Assembly: GCA_963843885.1 (NCBI GenBank)
Contig: CAWJMJ010000016.1
Location: 449,568 to 513,567, forward strand
Origin: an uncultured Acidobacteriota bacterium
GTDB lineage: Bacteria; Acidobacteriota; Vicinamibacteria; Vicinamibacterales; UBA2999
DNA: 64,000 nucleotides
Direction of reading: 5' to 3'
A model generated the notes under the pieces. The model searched no databases. It had not been told where the DNA came from and saw nothing but the letters and a program-made list of their open reading frames with translations. Position 1 is the stretch's first letter, and every line of letters begins with the position of its first letter. This document shows, one piece after another, positions 27,375-40,818 of this stretch. Both the position numbers and the translations under genes were made by a program.

Positions 27375-28568
27375 TGCGGGCCAGCCGTCCTGCGGCAACC
27401 CGGGCACGCAGCTGGCGAGCGCGTTCTTGTAGTAGAGCTTCTTCAGCACCTCGTCGGGCAGGCCCATGCCGTAGAGCTTCCAGAAGGCGTGGTAGTCGCG
27501 GTAGTAGTCGAAGTACTCGTCGTTGGTCTCGAACACCCGCCAGTAGTACGGGAACTCGTCGGGCTGGAAGCTGTCCTTGCCGAACAGGATCCGGTCCTGG
27601 TACTTGATGAAGAAGTCGTGCGCCGCGCGCGGCTGGCGGCCGAGGTCGTACAGGATCGCGCCGACTTCGGTGTAGACGTTGGGATCGTCGTCGAAGAGCT
27701 TGCCCATGCGGGCCAGGTCGTTGGCGTGCCAGGCGAAGTGCGCGGCGATGAAGGTCGTCTTCGGATGCTTCGTGAACATCCGGTTGCGCTCGGCCATCAG
27801 CTCTTCGAAGCGCGGGAACTCGCCCGGCCGGATAGCGGCGGTCGCGGATAGAGCGCCAGCTCCAGCCAGCGCTCGTTCTGGAAGTCGATCGGCTCGAAGA
27901 ACTCCTGCGGGTCGGCGGTGTGGATGAGCACCGGCATGCTCGAGCCGGGCGGCCGTCTGCCCAGACCGGATCGAGCTCGGGATCGTCGATCTTGAGGCGC
28001 GTGCCGTCGGCCTTCTTGATGCGCAGGCCGAAGGCCTTCGATGATCTCGCCGACGCCGAGCGCGCCGGCCTTGACGTCGGCTTCGAGCTGCGCCACGGCC
28101 TTGGCTGCCCGAGCCCGGCCCGACGTTGCGGAAGTCGATGTCGGTGAACATCACCATCCGGTCCTTGAATCGGCTGGCCTTGATGCGCCGCCACCGCCCG
28201 CACCAGCCGGTCGCCCTGCGCGCCGCTGGCGTTGACGATCACCCGCAGGTTGAGCGGCGTCCATGCCCTGGACGACCGCGGCGAACTGCTCTTCCGAAAT
28301 CGGCGCCGGCTGGTGGCTGTGGATGTCGACGACCGGGAACTTGGCCCGCGGCACCGGATGCTGCGGGACGACCAGCGTCGAGCGCGGCTTGTACTCGCGG
28401 ATCGTCGGCTCGGGGAACTCGGGCGCCCGGCCGTCGCCCGGCCGGGGCCGGATGCCGGCCGGCGGCGGCAGGCGCGGCCTGCCCGGCCGCCGGCCGATCC
28501 GGCGCGACCACGAGCAGAGCGGCGCCCGCCAACACCGCGGGCGCGAACCAGAACAAACGTGTGCGCAT
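27371..28568 (-). CDS. Secreted metal-dependent amidohydrolase (TIM-barrel, amidohydrolase_2-like); frameshifted; 3' end uncertain
   Basis: Signal peptide MRTRLFWFAPAVLAGAALLVVA. KFPVVDIHSHQ (HxH metal motif). FTKHPKTTFIAAHFAWHANDL..ILFGKDSFQPDEFPYYWRVFETNDEYFDYYRDYHAFWKLYGMGLPDEVLKKLYYKNA. Confidence 0.75.
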
Positions 28569-28599
28569 CTCGAGAGCCTTTGTCGAAAACACGATCAAA

Positions 28600-29043
28600 A
28601 GTGCCGCAGCGAGCCGGTAAGCCGAATTCTGTCCGCCTCCGCTCCGCCTTGCGACGGGGCGTTGGCTGGACGACCATTCCTCTAGGCCCGCCATCACTGA
28701 CGGACTCAAGCAACCTACCCGGAAGCGACAATCGGACGGGCCGTCCGAATGGCCGAGCCATGCGCTCCCCTATTTGGTCTTGCTCCGTGCGGGGTTTTGC
28801 CTGCCACGCCTGTTACCAGCCGCGCGGTGCGCTCTTACCGCACCTTTTCACCCTTACCCTTCGTTCCACCCTTTCGGGCGTCGCTCAGGGCGGTATATTT
28901 TCTGTGCCACTTTCCGTCGGGTTGCCCCGCCCGGGCGTTACCCGGCGCACTGCCCTGTGGAGTTCGGACTTTCCTCTCCCGGACGGCACTTCCGCTTGCG
29001 CGGTTACCATCCGGCGGCGGTCATCCGGTTCGCTGCGGCGAAT
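28600..29043 (-). ncRNA. rnpB: RNase P RNA, bacterial type A
   Basis: The reverse complement carries the universally conserved blocks GAGAGGAAAGTCCGAACTCCACAGGGCAG, GGTAAGGGTGAAAAGGTGCGGTAAGAGCGCACCGCGCGGCTGGTAACAGGCGTGGCA, GCAAGACCAAATAGGGG and GGACAGAATTCGGCTTACCGGC. A P1 helix can form between GCCGCAGCGAACCGG (29025-29039) and CCGGCTCGCTGCGGC (28603-28617). Confidence 0.92.
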
Positions 29044-29045
29044 CC

Positions 29046-30457
29046 CTAGCCGTCGGTCTCCTGCGAAATCTTGTACTGCTCCAGCTTCTTGTAGAGATTA
29101 CTGCGCGGCGTGTCGATGACCTCGGCCGTCTTCGAGATGTTCCAGGCGTTCTCGCGCAGCTTCGCGACCAGATAGGCACGCTCCGAGTTGGCCTTGAACT
29201 CGTGCAGCGTCGGCGCCTGCATCCAGCGCACTACTCGGGGCGCGGCCGCGGATTCGCCGTCAACGCGGCGCCGGGTCGCCGCGAGCGCGCAGATCGGTCA
29301 CGTCGATGGCATCGCTCGGCCGACATGATCATCAGGCGCTCGACCGTAGTTGCGCAGCTCGCGGATGTTGCCGCGCCAGCCTGCTGGCGCAGCCGCTCCA
29401 TCGCCGCCGACGTGAAGGTCTTGCGGCGGAAGTTGTTGTCGCGCGAGAAACCGATCGGCGAAATGGCGCACCAGCACCGGGATGTCGTCGCGCCGCTCCC
29501 GCAGCGGCGGCACGCAGATCGGCACGACGTTGAGGCGGTAGAAGAGGTCCTCGCGGAAGGTGCCCTTGGCGATCTCCTGCTCGAGGTTCTTGTTGGTGGC
29601 GGCGATCACCCGCACGTCGACCTTGAGCAGGCGGTTGCGAGCCGAGCCGCTCGAGTTCGCCCTCCTGCAGCACGCGCAGCACCTTGGCCTGCGTCTTCAG
29701 GCTCATGTCGCCGATCTCGTCGAGGAAGATCGTGCCCTTGTCGGCCTGCTCGAACTTGCCGATCTGCCGATCGGTGGCGCCGGTGAACGAGCCCTTCTCG
29801 TGGCCGAACAGCTCCGACTCGATCAGCTCGTCGGGGATGGCGGCGCAGTTGACCTGCACGAACGGGCTGTCGCGGCGCAGGCTCTCGCGGTGCATGGCGC
29901 GGGCCACCAGTTCCTTGCCGACGCCGCTCTCGCCCCAGATCAGCACGGTGGCGTTGGTCGGCGCCGCCTTCTGGATGGCGGCGCGCACCCCGGCCAGCGC
30001 CGGGCTGTCGCCGATGATCTGGTGCCGCTTCTCCTGCGTCCTTGCGCAGCGTCCGGTTCTCGGTCCGCAGCCGCCGCGAGTCGACGGCGTTGCGCACGAT
30101 CACCAGCACGCGCTCGCTCGCGAGCGGCTTCTCGATGAAGTCGAAGGCGCCGAGCCGCGTCGCCTCGACGGCGGTGCTGATGGTGCCGTGCCCGGAGATG
30201 ACCACGACCGGCGTCACGTCGGTCAGGTGGCGTGAGCCGCTGCAGCACCTCGAGGCCGTCCATGCCCGGCATCTTGATGTCGAGGAACACCAGGTCCGGC
30301 GCCTCGCGTTCGACCAGCGGCGACGCCTTCCTCGCCGGTGGCCGCCAGCAGCACCGTCGTAGCCTTGGTATTCGAGGATCATCTTCAACGAGTCGCGAAT
30401 GGCGGCCTCGTCGTCGATGATGAGAATGCGGGCGCTGGAACCGGAACGGGTCATCAA
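29046..30457 (-). CDS. NtrC-family sigma-54-dependent response regulator (REC + AAA+ + Fis HTH); frameshifted
   Basis: [60 protein letters not shown]+ [32 protein letters not shown] (intact GAFTGA-type loop), [53 protein letters not shown]. Confidence 0.85.
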
Positions 30458-30470
30458 GCTGGAACCTGGA

Positions 30471-31974
30471 TCAGGGAACGTCGGCGTGCAGGACGCGCAG
30501 CACGCGCAGGTCGAGACCGGGATCGTAGACCAGCACGGCCACCGGCGCGCCCGGGCGCGCTTGTCCTACCACCTGGCGTAGCGCGGCCACCGTCGCCACC
30601 GGGCGCCGGTTGATGTGCAAGATGACCTGGCCGCGCTCGAGGCCGGCGTCGGCGGCGGCACTGACCGGCTCGACGCGCTGCACGAGCAGCCCCTCGATGC
30701 CGGCGGGCACGTCGTAGCGATGGGCGTTGCCGCCGTGCACCTCGATGACGGTGAGGCCGAGTTCCGCGGGACCGGCTCCGAACGAGCGTTGCGCGGCCGC
30801 CGGGGCCGGCGTCGTCTCGCCGACGCGGGCCGGCCGTTCGGCCAGCTTGACCGCCACCGAGTGGGCCCGCCCGTCGCGCCGGTAGTCGATCCGTGTCGTC
30901 TGGCCGGGCGTCAGTTCGGCCACCGTGCGGATGGCCATGTCGTCGCCGGCCATGGCGCGGCCGTCGATGGCCGTGATCACGTCGTAGGACCGGAGGCCGG
31001 CCCGTTCTGCCGGGGATCCGGCGGTGACGTCCTGGACCAGCGCGCCAGCCGCGTCGCCGAGGTCCAGGGCCAGCCTGACGTCCGCGTCGACGTCGCGCAG
31101 GGCCACGCCGATATAGCCGCGGGCCACGCGGCCGGTGGCGAGCAGTTGCGGCAGCACGGCCTTGGCCTGATTGATCGGAATCGAGAAGCCGATGTTGTTG
31201 GCCTGCCGGCTGACCGCGGCGTTGATGCCGACGACCTGGCCGGCGGTGTTGAGCAGCGGCCCGCCGCTGTTGCCGAAGCTGATGGCCGCGTCGGTCTGGA
31301 TGTAGTAGTCGAGGCTCTGATCGAACAACTTGCGGCCGACGAAGCTGACGACGCCGACGGTGACGGTGTGCTCGTAGGCGAACGGGTTGCCGATGGCGCA
31401 CACCCACTCGCCGACGCGCACCGCGTCGGAATCGCCGAGGGTGACGTGCGGCAACGGCTGCGCGGAATCGACCTTGAGCAGCGCGATGTCGGTGTCGGTG
31501 TCGGCGCCGACCAGCGCGCGCCGGAAGGTGCGGCCGTCGGCCAGCTTCACCGTGACCCGATCGGCTGCCTCGACGACGTGGTGGTTGGTGAGGATCAGTC
31601 CCGACGGCATCGACCAGGAAGCCGGTGCCGGTGCCGCGCCGCGGCGTCTCGGGCCGGCGGAAGCCGGTGCCGTCGTCGGGCGGCCGCGCCGCGCCGCTCG
31701 CGGCGCCGGCCGCGCGACGCCGCATCGATGCTGACCACGGCCGGGTTGACCCGCTCGGCGACCTCGGCGAAGCTCATGGGGAAGGTGCTGAAAGCAGCCG
31801 TCGCCACCGGCGGCGCGGGGGCGGCATCGAGCGGAGCGGACCACACAGCGGCGGCGGCGGGACTGGCTGGCGGCGGCACGGCCGGTGCCGGCGAGAACGA
31901 CCCGGTCGCGCTGGCGCCCACGAGCACGCCCACGGTGGCCGAAAAGCCCGCCGAGATCCACGCGAAGCGCCGCG

Positions 31975-31978
<4 letters not shown>
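30471..31978 (-). CDS. htrA: Periplasmic serine endoprotease DegP/HtrA (trypsin domain + 2 PDZ); frameshift near 31650-31720
   Basis: Signal MTRRFAWISAGFSATVGVLVGA. GLILTNHHVVEAAD (His), TDIALLKV (Asp), TDAAISFGNSGGPLL (Ser). PDZ regions RGYIGVAL..GSPAERAGLRSYDVITAIDG and AADAGLERGQVILHINRRPV. Confidence 0.9.
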
Positions 31979-33995
<2,017 letters not shown>

Positions 33996-34017
33996 GTGCG
34001 GGCCCCCGGCGGCCGCG

Positions 34018-35067
34018 TCAGCGGTCGCGCGTGATGACGTAGTCGGCCAGGGCCATGAGCGCGTCGCGCTCGGGCCGGTCGGGGAAGATCGCCAGGTTGC
34101 GCTTGGCCGCTTCGCCAAAGGCTCTGGCCCGCGCCTGCGCGTACTCGAGCGAGCGATGCTCGGCCAGGAGCTGGGTGAGGCGCGCCCATTCGTCGGGAGA
34201 GGCCTGCCGTTCGCGCACGATGCGATGGATGAGCGCAACCGCGTCGGGACCGCCGTGATCGCGCAGGTGGATGAGCGGCAGGGTCATCTTGCCTTCGAGC
34301 AGGTCGCCGCCAATCGGCTTGCCCAGCGCTTCGGTCTGGCCGGTGAAGTCCAGCAGATCGTCGACGAGCTGGAACATCACGCCGAGGTTGAAGCCGTATT
34401 CGCGCAACGCCGTCTGCTTTTCGAGTCCGGCCTCGCCGAGCATCGCGCCGATTTCGGCGCAGCCGCCGAACAGGTGCGCGGTCTTGCGGCGGATGATGTC
34501 GAAGTGCTCGTCCTCGCTGATGTCGAGGTCGCCGTTCTTCGTGAGCTGGTAGATCTCGCCCTCGATCATGCGCAGCGTGATGTCGCACAGCAGGCGCACG
34601 ACGTCGAGCGTGTCCTGCGTGAGCGCCATGGCCATCGACTTGATGTAGAGGAAGTCGCCGGCCAGCACCGTGACGTCGTTGCCCCAGCGCGAATGCACGG
34701 CCTTCTGGCCGCGGCGCAGCTCGGCGTCGTCGATGATGTCGTCGTGGACCAGCGTGGCGGTGTGGATGAACTCGACCACGGCGGCGTTCAGCACGGCGCG
34801 CGGGCCGGTGTAACCGCACAGGCGCGCGGCCATCAGCAGCAGCGCCGGACGCACGCGCTTGCCGCCGCTCTTCTGGATGTAGGCGCCGATTTCCGGGATG
34901 ACCCCGACCTTCGATTCGACCTGGCGCAGGTACTCACGCTCGACCTCTACCAGGTCGGCGCGCACCGGTTCGAACATCTGCATCAGGTCGAGGGTCGTCT
35001 TCGGCACGGAGGGACTCAAACCTGACAATTCGACCATAGCGGTCGGGCCGGTGTCAACGCGCGCCAC
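34018..35067 (-). CDS. Long-chain polyprenyl diphosphate synthase (IspB/HepT-like)
   Basis: Intact. First and second Asp-rich motifs LVHDDIIDDAELRRG and FQLVDDLLDFTG; GKRVRPALLL. An alternative start lies at 35037 (MVELSG). Confidence 0.85.
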   Translation of the reverse strand: MARVDTGPTAMVELSGLSPSVPKTTLDLMQMFEPVRADLVEVEREYLRQVESKVGVIPEIGAYIQKSGGKRVRPALLLMAARLCGYTGPRAVLNAAVVEFIHTATLVHDDIIDDAELRRGQKAVHSRWGNDVTVLAGDFLYIKSMAMALTQDTLDVVRLLCDITLRMIEGEIYQLTKNGDLDISEDEHFDIIRRKTAHLFGGCAEIGAMLGEAGLEKQTALREYGFNLGVMFQLVDDLLDFTGQTEALGKPIGGDLLEGKMTLPLIHLRDHGGPDAVALIHRIVRERQASPDEWARLTQLLAEHRSLEYAQARARAFGEAAKRNLAIFPDRPERDALMALADYVITRDR

Positions 35068-35891
35068 CGCCGCTTAATGCTTGTGGAGACGCGGTTTGCG
35101 GGCGGCCACCGGCAAACAGGCGGTCGTAGTTCGCCGTCACGGCCGCGACCAGCGCCGCCGGCTCCAAGCCCCGCTCGCGGGCGATGGCGGCGGCGGTCAG
35201 CGCCACGAAGGCCGGCTCGTTGCGCTTGCCGCGGTGCGGCACCGGCGCCAGGTAGGGCGCATCGGTCTCGATGAGCAGGCGGTCGAGCGGCGCCATGGTC
35301 ACGGCCTCCCTCAGTTCGACGGCGCGAGGGAACGTGAGGATCCCGGCAAACGACAGGTAGAAACCGGTGGCCGCCGCCCGGGCGGCCACCGCGGCATCGC
35401 CGGTGAAGCAGTGGAACACGCCGTCGAGCGGGCCGCGGGCCTGCGCCGCGGCGATGAGCTGCAGCGTGTCGGCCTCGGCGTCGCGCGTGTGAATCGCCAC
35501 CGGCAGGCCGCGAGACTGCGCCAGCGCCAGCTGCGCGCTGAACACCGCCTGCTGCACGTCGCGCGGCGAGAAATCGTAGTGGTAGTCGAGGCCGATCTCC
35601 CCCATCGCCCGCACGCAGGGGCGATCGGTCGAGCCGCCGGGCCACGGCGGCGGCCGCGGCCGTGGGGTCGGCGGCAAACAGGTGCGGCCTGGTGCGGATG
35701 GACGCCCGACCGCGAAGCTGCACCGCGGGCCAGCGCTCCGGCAACGCCTGCGCGCGGGCCCATTCCGCGTCGTCCTGCGCCGCCACGATCACCAGCGCGC
35801 GCGTAATCCCGGCGGCCCGCGCCCGCTCCACGACCGCGTCGAGGTCGGCGACGAATTCCTCGCCGGCCAGATGGCAATGGCTGTCGATCAT
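35054..35891 (-). CDS. tatD: TatD-family metal-dependent hydrolase/DNase; frameshift near 35680
   Basis: MIDSHCHLAGEEF; GEIGLDYHYDFSPRDVQQAVFSAQLALAQSRGLPVAIHTRDA; VFHCFTG; LLIETDAPYLAPVPHRGKRNEPAFV. Confidence 0.85.
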
Positions 35892-36039
35892 CGGCGCGGC
35901 CCCCGGGCCGGGAGCCCGAGCCTTGCCGCGGCTACTCCCCCGCGGCCCAGCGCCAACACCTCACGTCGGGGCGGCGCAAGACGCCTTGGGCGGCAGCGCC
36001 GGGGCCCGACGCCGGCCCGTGCCGACCCGGCCTGCCGCG

Positions 36040-38055
36040 TCATCGGACGCGGGTGCCCGGCGCGGCCGGATCCGGGTTCACGAGCATGGCGGGTCCGCCG
36101 TCGGTGCTGGCGGCCAGCACCATGCCGTTCGACACGAGGCCCATCATCTCGCGCGGCTTGAGGTTGGCGACAATCACGATCGAGCGGCCGACGATGCGCC
36201 TCGGGCTCGTAGCTTTCGGCGATGCCCGGCGAGGATCGTGCGCGGCTCGGGGTCGCCGGCGTCGACCGACAGCTTCAGCAGCTTCTTCGACTTCGGCATG
36301 CGCTCGGCCGTCAGGATCTTCGCGGTCCGCAGCTCGACCTTCATGAAGTCGTCGATGGTGATGACGGTGCCGGCCGCCGGCGCGGCCGGGGTGGCCGCGC
36401 CCGTGGCCGTCGGGGCCGGGCTGGCCGCCCCGGGGCTCGTCACATCGGCGGTGGGGGTGGACGTGGCCGTCGGCTCGGCGGCGGCCGCTACGGCCGGCAC
36501 CTCGGGGTTGGGGGTGTCGCTCACGGCAATGGCTCCCTTGTCTTCGATGCGGGGCCACAAGGCCCCGTCGTTGGTGATCTGTCGGGCCGCGTCGCCGCGC
36601 CACGCGGCGTCGGCCAGGCGCAGCTGTCCGGCCGGCCGGTGCTCGCCCATCCGTCGCAGGATCTCGGCCGCCGAGGCCGGCATGAACGGCTGCAGCAGCA
36701 CGCCGGCGACGCGGACGGCCTCGGCCGCGTCGTAGAGCACGGCCGACAGCGCGTCGGCCTGCGCCGGGTCCTTGGCCAGCGCCCACGGCTGCGTGGTGGC
36801 GACGAACTCGTTGGTCGCGCTGACCAGGCGGAAGGCGGCCGCCGCCGCCGTCGTGCAGCGCCAGCCGTCCATCGCGTCGGTGTAGGCGCGCCACGGCGGT
36901 GTCGGCGGCGCCGGCGAGCCGTCGCCGACCGCGCGCCCGGCGCCGCCAGGGCGCCGTGCCGGTAGCGTGCGCTCATCGACGCGACGCGGTTCACGAGGTT
37001 GCCGAGGTTGTTGGCGAGGTCGGCGTTGTACTTCTCCTCGAAGCGCTCCCAGGAGAAGTCGCCGTCGCCGCCGTAGGGCATTCCTTGGTGAGATACAGCC
37101 GCAGCGGGTCGGCGCCGAAGCGCTCGGCGGCCTCGAGCGGATCGACGATGTTGCCGAGCGACTTGCTCATCCGCTCGCCCTTGAAGAAGACCCAGCCGTG
37201 GCCGAAGACCTGCCCCGGCAGCGGCAGCTTCGCGCTCATCAGCATCGCCGGCCAGATCACGCAGTGGAAGCGCGTGATGTCCTTGCCGATGACGTGCAGG
37301 TCGGCCGGCCACTAGCGCTGCGAAGCGCGCCTCGTCCGAGCCGTAGCCGACCGCCGCGGTGTAGTTGATCAGCGCGTCGAACCACACGTAGACGACGCTG
37401 GCCGGGTCGAACGGCAGCGGGATGCCCCACGACTGCCCCGCGCGGCTGATCGAGATGTCGTCGAGGCCGCCCTCGACCAGGCGGAGGATCTCGTTGCGGC
37501 GGATCTCCGGCTGGATGAACGTCGGGTGGGCGGCGTAGATGATCGAGCAGCGGCTGCTGGTACTTCGACAGCCGGAAGAACCAGTTCTTCTCCTTGATCC
37601 ACTCGGGCTTGGTCTTGTGGATCGGGCACAGCCCGTCGACCAGGTCCTTCTCCGGCTTGAACTCCTCGCAGCCGACGCAGTACCAGCCCTCGTAGACGCC
37701 TTCGTAGATGTCGCCGTTGTCGAGACAGGCCTGCGCCATCGCCTGGACCGCCGGCGAAGTGCCGCGGCGGTCGGTGGTGCGGATGAAGTCGTCGAACGAG
37801 ATGTCGAGGCGCGCCCACGTCTCGCGGAACGGCCTGCTCCATCTCGTCGCAGTAGGCCAGCGGGTCCTGGCCCTGTTCCTGCGCCTGCTTGAAGACGTTC
37901 TGCGAGTGCTCGTCGTTGCCCATCAGGAAGCGCGTGTCGTCGCCCTTCAGCCGGTGGTAGCGGGCGATGACGTCGGCCGTGATCTTCTCGTAGGCCGTGC
38001 CGAGGTGCGGCCGGCTGTTGACGTAGTCGATGGCGGTGGTCAGGAAGTAGCGCAT
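36040..38055 (-). CDS. metG: Methionine--tRNA ligase with C-terminal tRNA-binding (EMAP/Trbp111-like) domain; many frameshifts
   Basis: [52 protein letters not shown] (HIGH-type region); [26 protein letters not shown] (zinc knuckle); [10 protein letters not shown] (KMSKS); [44 protein letters not shown]. Confidence 0.95.
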
Positions 38056-38107
38056 GCTCGAAGGGCCGGTTCAGTCGAGGTCGCGGCCGTCGACGCCACG
38101 CCTTCCG

Positions 38108-39310
38108 TCAGCCGCGCAGCGCCTGGGCCTGGACGTCCTTGACCGGCACGCCGTGGTCGGCGGCCAGCTTCGCGCAGTCGTCGAACTCCGGCTGCGCGTT
38201 CAGCACCCGGCCGTCGCGCCGCGCCACCTTGAAGCGCACCTCGCCCGAGCGGCGTCGTCGACCGCCACGATCTCGCGGTCGAGGCACTCGCGCGCCACGT
38301 CGTGATAGCGCACGCCGATGGTCGTCGTCTCGCGGAAGACGATGTCGGTCAGGCGGCGCGCGATCGTCGGGCGGCGCCACCACCGTCAGCAGCGTGCCGG
38401 GCCGGTTCTTCTTCATCTGCACCGGGGTGTAGAAGACCTCGAGCGCGCCGGCGGCGTAGAGCTGGTCCATCAGCGACGCCGAAGATCTGCGGGTTCATGT
38501 CGTCGATCTCGCAGGCTCGATCACCGTCACCCGCATCGACCGCGGCGGCGCCCGCGTCGTCGGCCGTCTCGCCGATGAGCACCCGCAGCACGTTCGGCGT
38601 CTCGGGAGGTCGCGGTCGCCGGCGCCGTAGCCGACGCGTTCGATGCGCATCGCCGGCACCGGCCCGAACGCGGCGGCGTAGTCGGTGAGCGATCAGCGCG
38701 CCGGTCGGCGTCACCAGTTCCTCCTGGATGCCGCTCGCTGTAGACCGGCGCGTCGCCGAGCAGCTTCAGCGTCGCCGGCGCCGGCACCGGGAAGACGCCG
38801 TGCGCCGAACTGCACCATGCCGCCGCCGACGTTCAGCGGCGAGCACGACGATCCGGTCGGCGCCGGACCACTCGAGCGCGAACACGGCGCCGACGATGTC
38901 GATGATCGAGTCGAGCGCGCCGACCTCGTGCAGGTGGACCTGGTCGATCGGCATGCCGTGGATGGCCGCTTCGGCCTCGGCCAGCCGCATGAACATCCGG
39001 TTGGCGCGGGCCTTCCCGGCGTCGCTCAGCGCCGAGCGGTCGATGGCGGCGCGGATGTGCTTGAGGTGATAGTGCTTGTGCGCCGGGGCGGCCGCGGTCG
39101 GCGCCGGCCGGCGCCAGTTCGTGCACGCGGAATTTCATCGCCGTGATGCCGCCCTTGATCACGCGATCGGCCGCAATCTCGTAGCCGTCGACGGCCAGGG
39201 TGCCGAGCGCCTGCTGCACGTCGGCGAACGGCACGCCGGCGTCGATCGAGCGCGCCGAGGATCATGTCCCCGGCGGCGCCTGCGAAGCAATCGAAGTAAA
39301 TGGTCTTCAT
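38108..39310 (-). CDS. larC: LarC-family nickel-insertion protein (DUF111; nickel-pincer cofactor biosynthesis); frameshifted
   Basis: [21 protein letters not shown]..; [43 protein letters not shown]; [31 protein letters not shown]; ..[35 protein letters not shown]. Confidence 0.8.
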
Positions 39311-39381
39311 GCCGGCTCGGATCTCCGAACACCACAGCGTACTCCAGATTCGCCGCCCACCGAAGGCGTCGGCGCGCGCGC

Positions 39382-40111
39382 TCAACGCCCGAACACGCCG
39401 GGCGACGACTCGCGCAGGCTGTGCCAGCAGCCATCGCCGAGCACCACGTGATCGACGACGGCGATGCCCATGAGCTCGCCGGCCTCGGCCAGGCGGCGCG
39501 TGAGCCAGCGTCCTCCGGGCTGGGCGCCGGGTCGCCCGACGGATGGTTGTGAAAGAGCACGACCGCCGCGGCAGAGTGCTCGGCGGCCGCGCGGAACACC
39601 TCGCGCGGGTGCGACCAGACTGGCATCCAGGGTGCCGAGCGAGATGACCACGGCGCCGGATGACCCGATGCTTGGTGTCGAGCAGCAACACGCCGAAGCG
39701 CTCTTCGCGATGACCGCCGTGGCGAGGCAGCAGGTAGGCGCCCACGGCCGCGGGTGAACCGAGGTGCGGCCGCGTGCCCGCGGGCCGGCGACGGCGTCCG
39801 GCGCCCGAGTTCGAGCGCCGCCAGCAGCCGGGCGGCGCGCGTCGGGCCGACGCCGCGCGTGCGCGTCAGCGGCCGGCGCGCTGGCGCGGTCCAGTCCGCT
39901 GGCGCCGCCGGCCGCCTCGAGCAACGCGCCGGCGACGCCGAGCACGTCGCATTCGCGCACGCCGCTGCCGAGCAGCACGGCGACCAGTTCGTTGATCCCC
40001 GAGCGCCGCCGCCCCGTCGCGCAGCAGCTGTTCGCGCGGACGGTCGTCGTGAGCCAGCCGCACGAGGCCGGTGCCGGGTTTCGTGACTGCCGTGCCGCGC
40101 CCGTCGTCCAT
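39382..40111 (-). CDS. radC: RadC-family JAB/MPN-domain protein; frameshifted
   Basis: [48 protein letters not shown]; [28 protein letters not shown]; JAMM motif [18 protein letters not shown]; [18 protein letters not shown]. Confidence 0.8.
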
Positions 40112-40139
40112 GCGCCTCCGGTATACTGCGGGCCCGACC

Positions 40140-40723
40140 ATGCCCGCGCCTTCACCCTGTCGACTGGCCTTTGCGTTCGTGTGCGCGGCCCTCGATCACC
40201 ACCGGCTGTGCGACGCCGCCGACCAAGGAGCTGTCGCAGGCCCAGGGCGCGCTCGACGCCGCCCGCGCCGCCGGCGCCGCCCACCTACGCCGCCGCCGAG
40301 TTCGCGGCCGCCGAAGCGACGCTGGCCCGCGCTCACGCCGAGGTGGCCGACCGCGACTATCGCGCCGCGCTCGGACACGCCCTCGACAGCAGCGCGCGCG
40401 CCCAGGCGGCCGCCGCCGCGGCGGTCGAAGCCCGCGTGAAGGCGCGCCTGGAGGCCGACCGGACGCTCGACGATTTCGCGTCGCTCATCGACAAGACCGA
40501 CGCGCTGCTGGCCACGCCAGAAGCGAAGCGCGTGCCAGCGGCGGTGCAACGGACGGCCGCGAGCGCCGTGGCCGCCGCACTGGAGGCGCTGGCGCAGGCG
40601 CGCGCCAGCGTGGCGAAGGACGACTTGACGGTCGTTGCAGGGCGTGCCGGCGCAGTCGCCGCCCTCGAGTCGGCGCTGGCCTCGCTTGCGCCGCCGCCGC
40701 GACGGACGCGCCCGCGCTCCTGA
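40140..40723 (+). CDS. Ala-rich helical lipoprotein (DUF4398-like); frameshifted
   Basis: [18 protein letters not shown].., then in another frame [28 protein letters not shown] (lipobox TTGC), then [56 protein letters not shown]. The family assignment is from memory of the DUF4398 pattern. Confidence 0.45.
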
Positions 40724-40818
40724 CGACCGTCCACGCGGGCCGACCGCTCGGGTCGCCGGGGCGCAGATTTCGCCTGCGGACGCGGCGCCGGTCGACGCGG
40801 ATTCTGCCGGCCGTCCCG

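Noticed and set aside
28749-29786. 345-aa + strand ORF and several smaller ORFs (28232-29119, 28774-29049) covering the 28.6-29.0 kb gap.
   Set aside because: The region is explained by RNase P RNA on the minus strand and by the response-regulator gene. The ORF translations are low-complexity.
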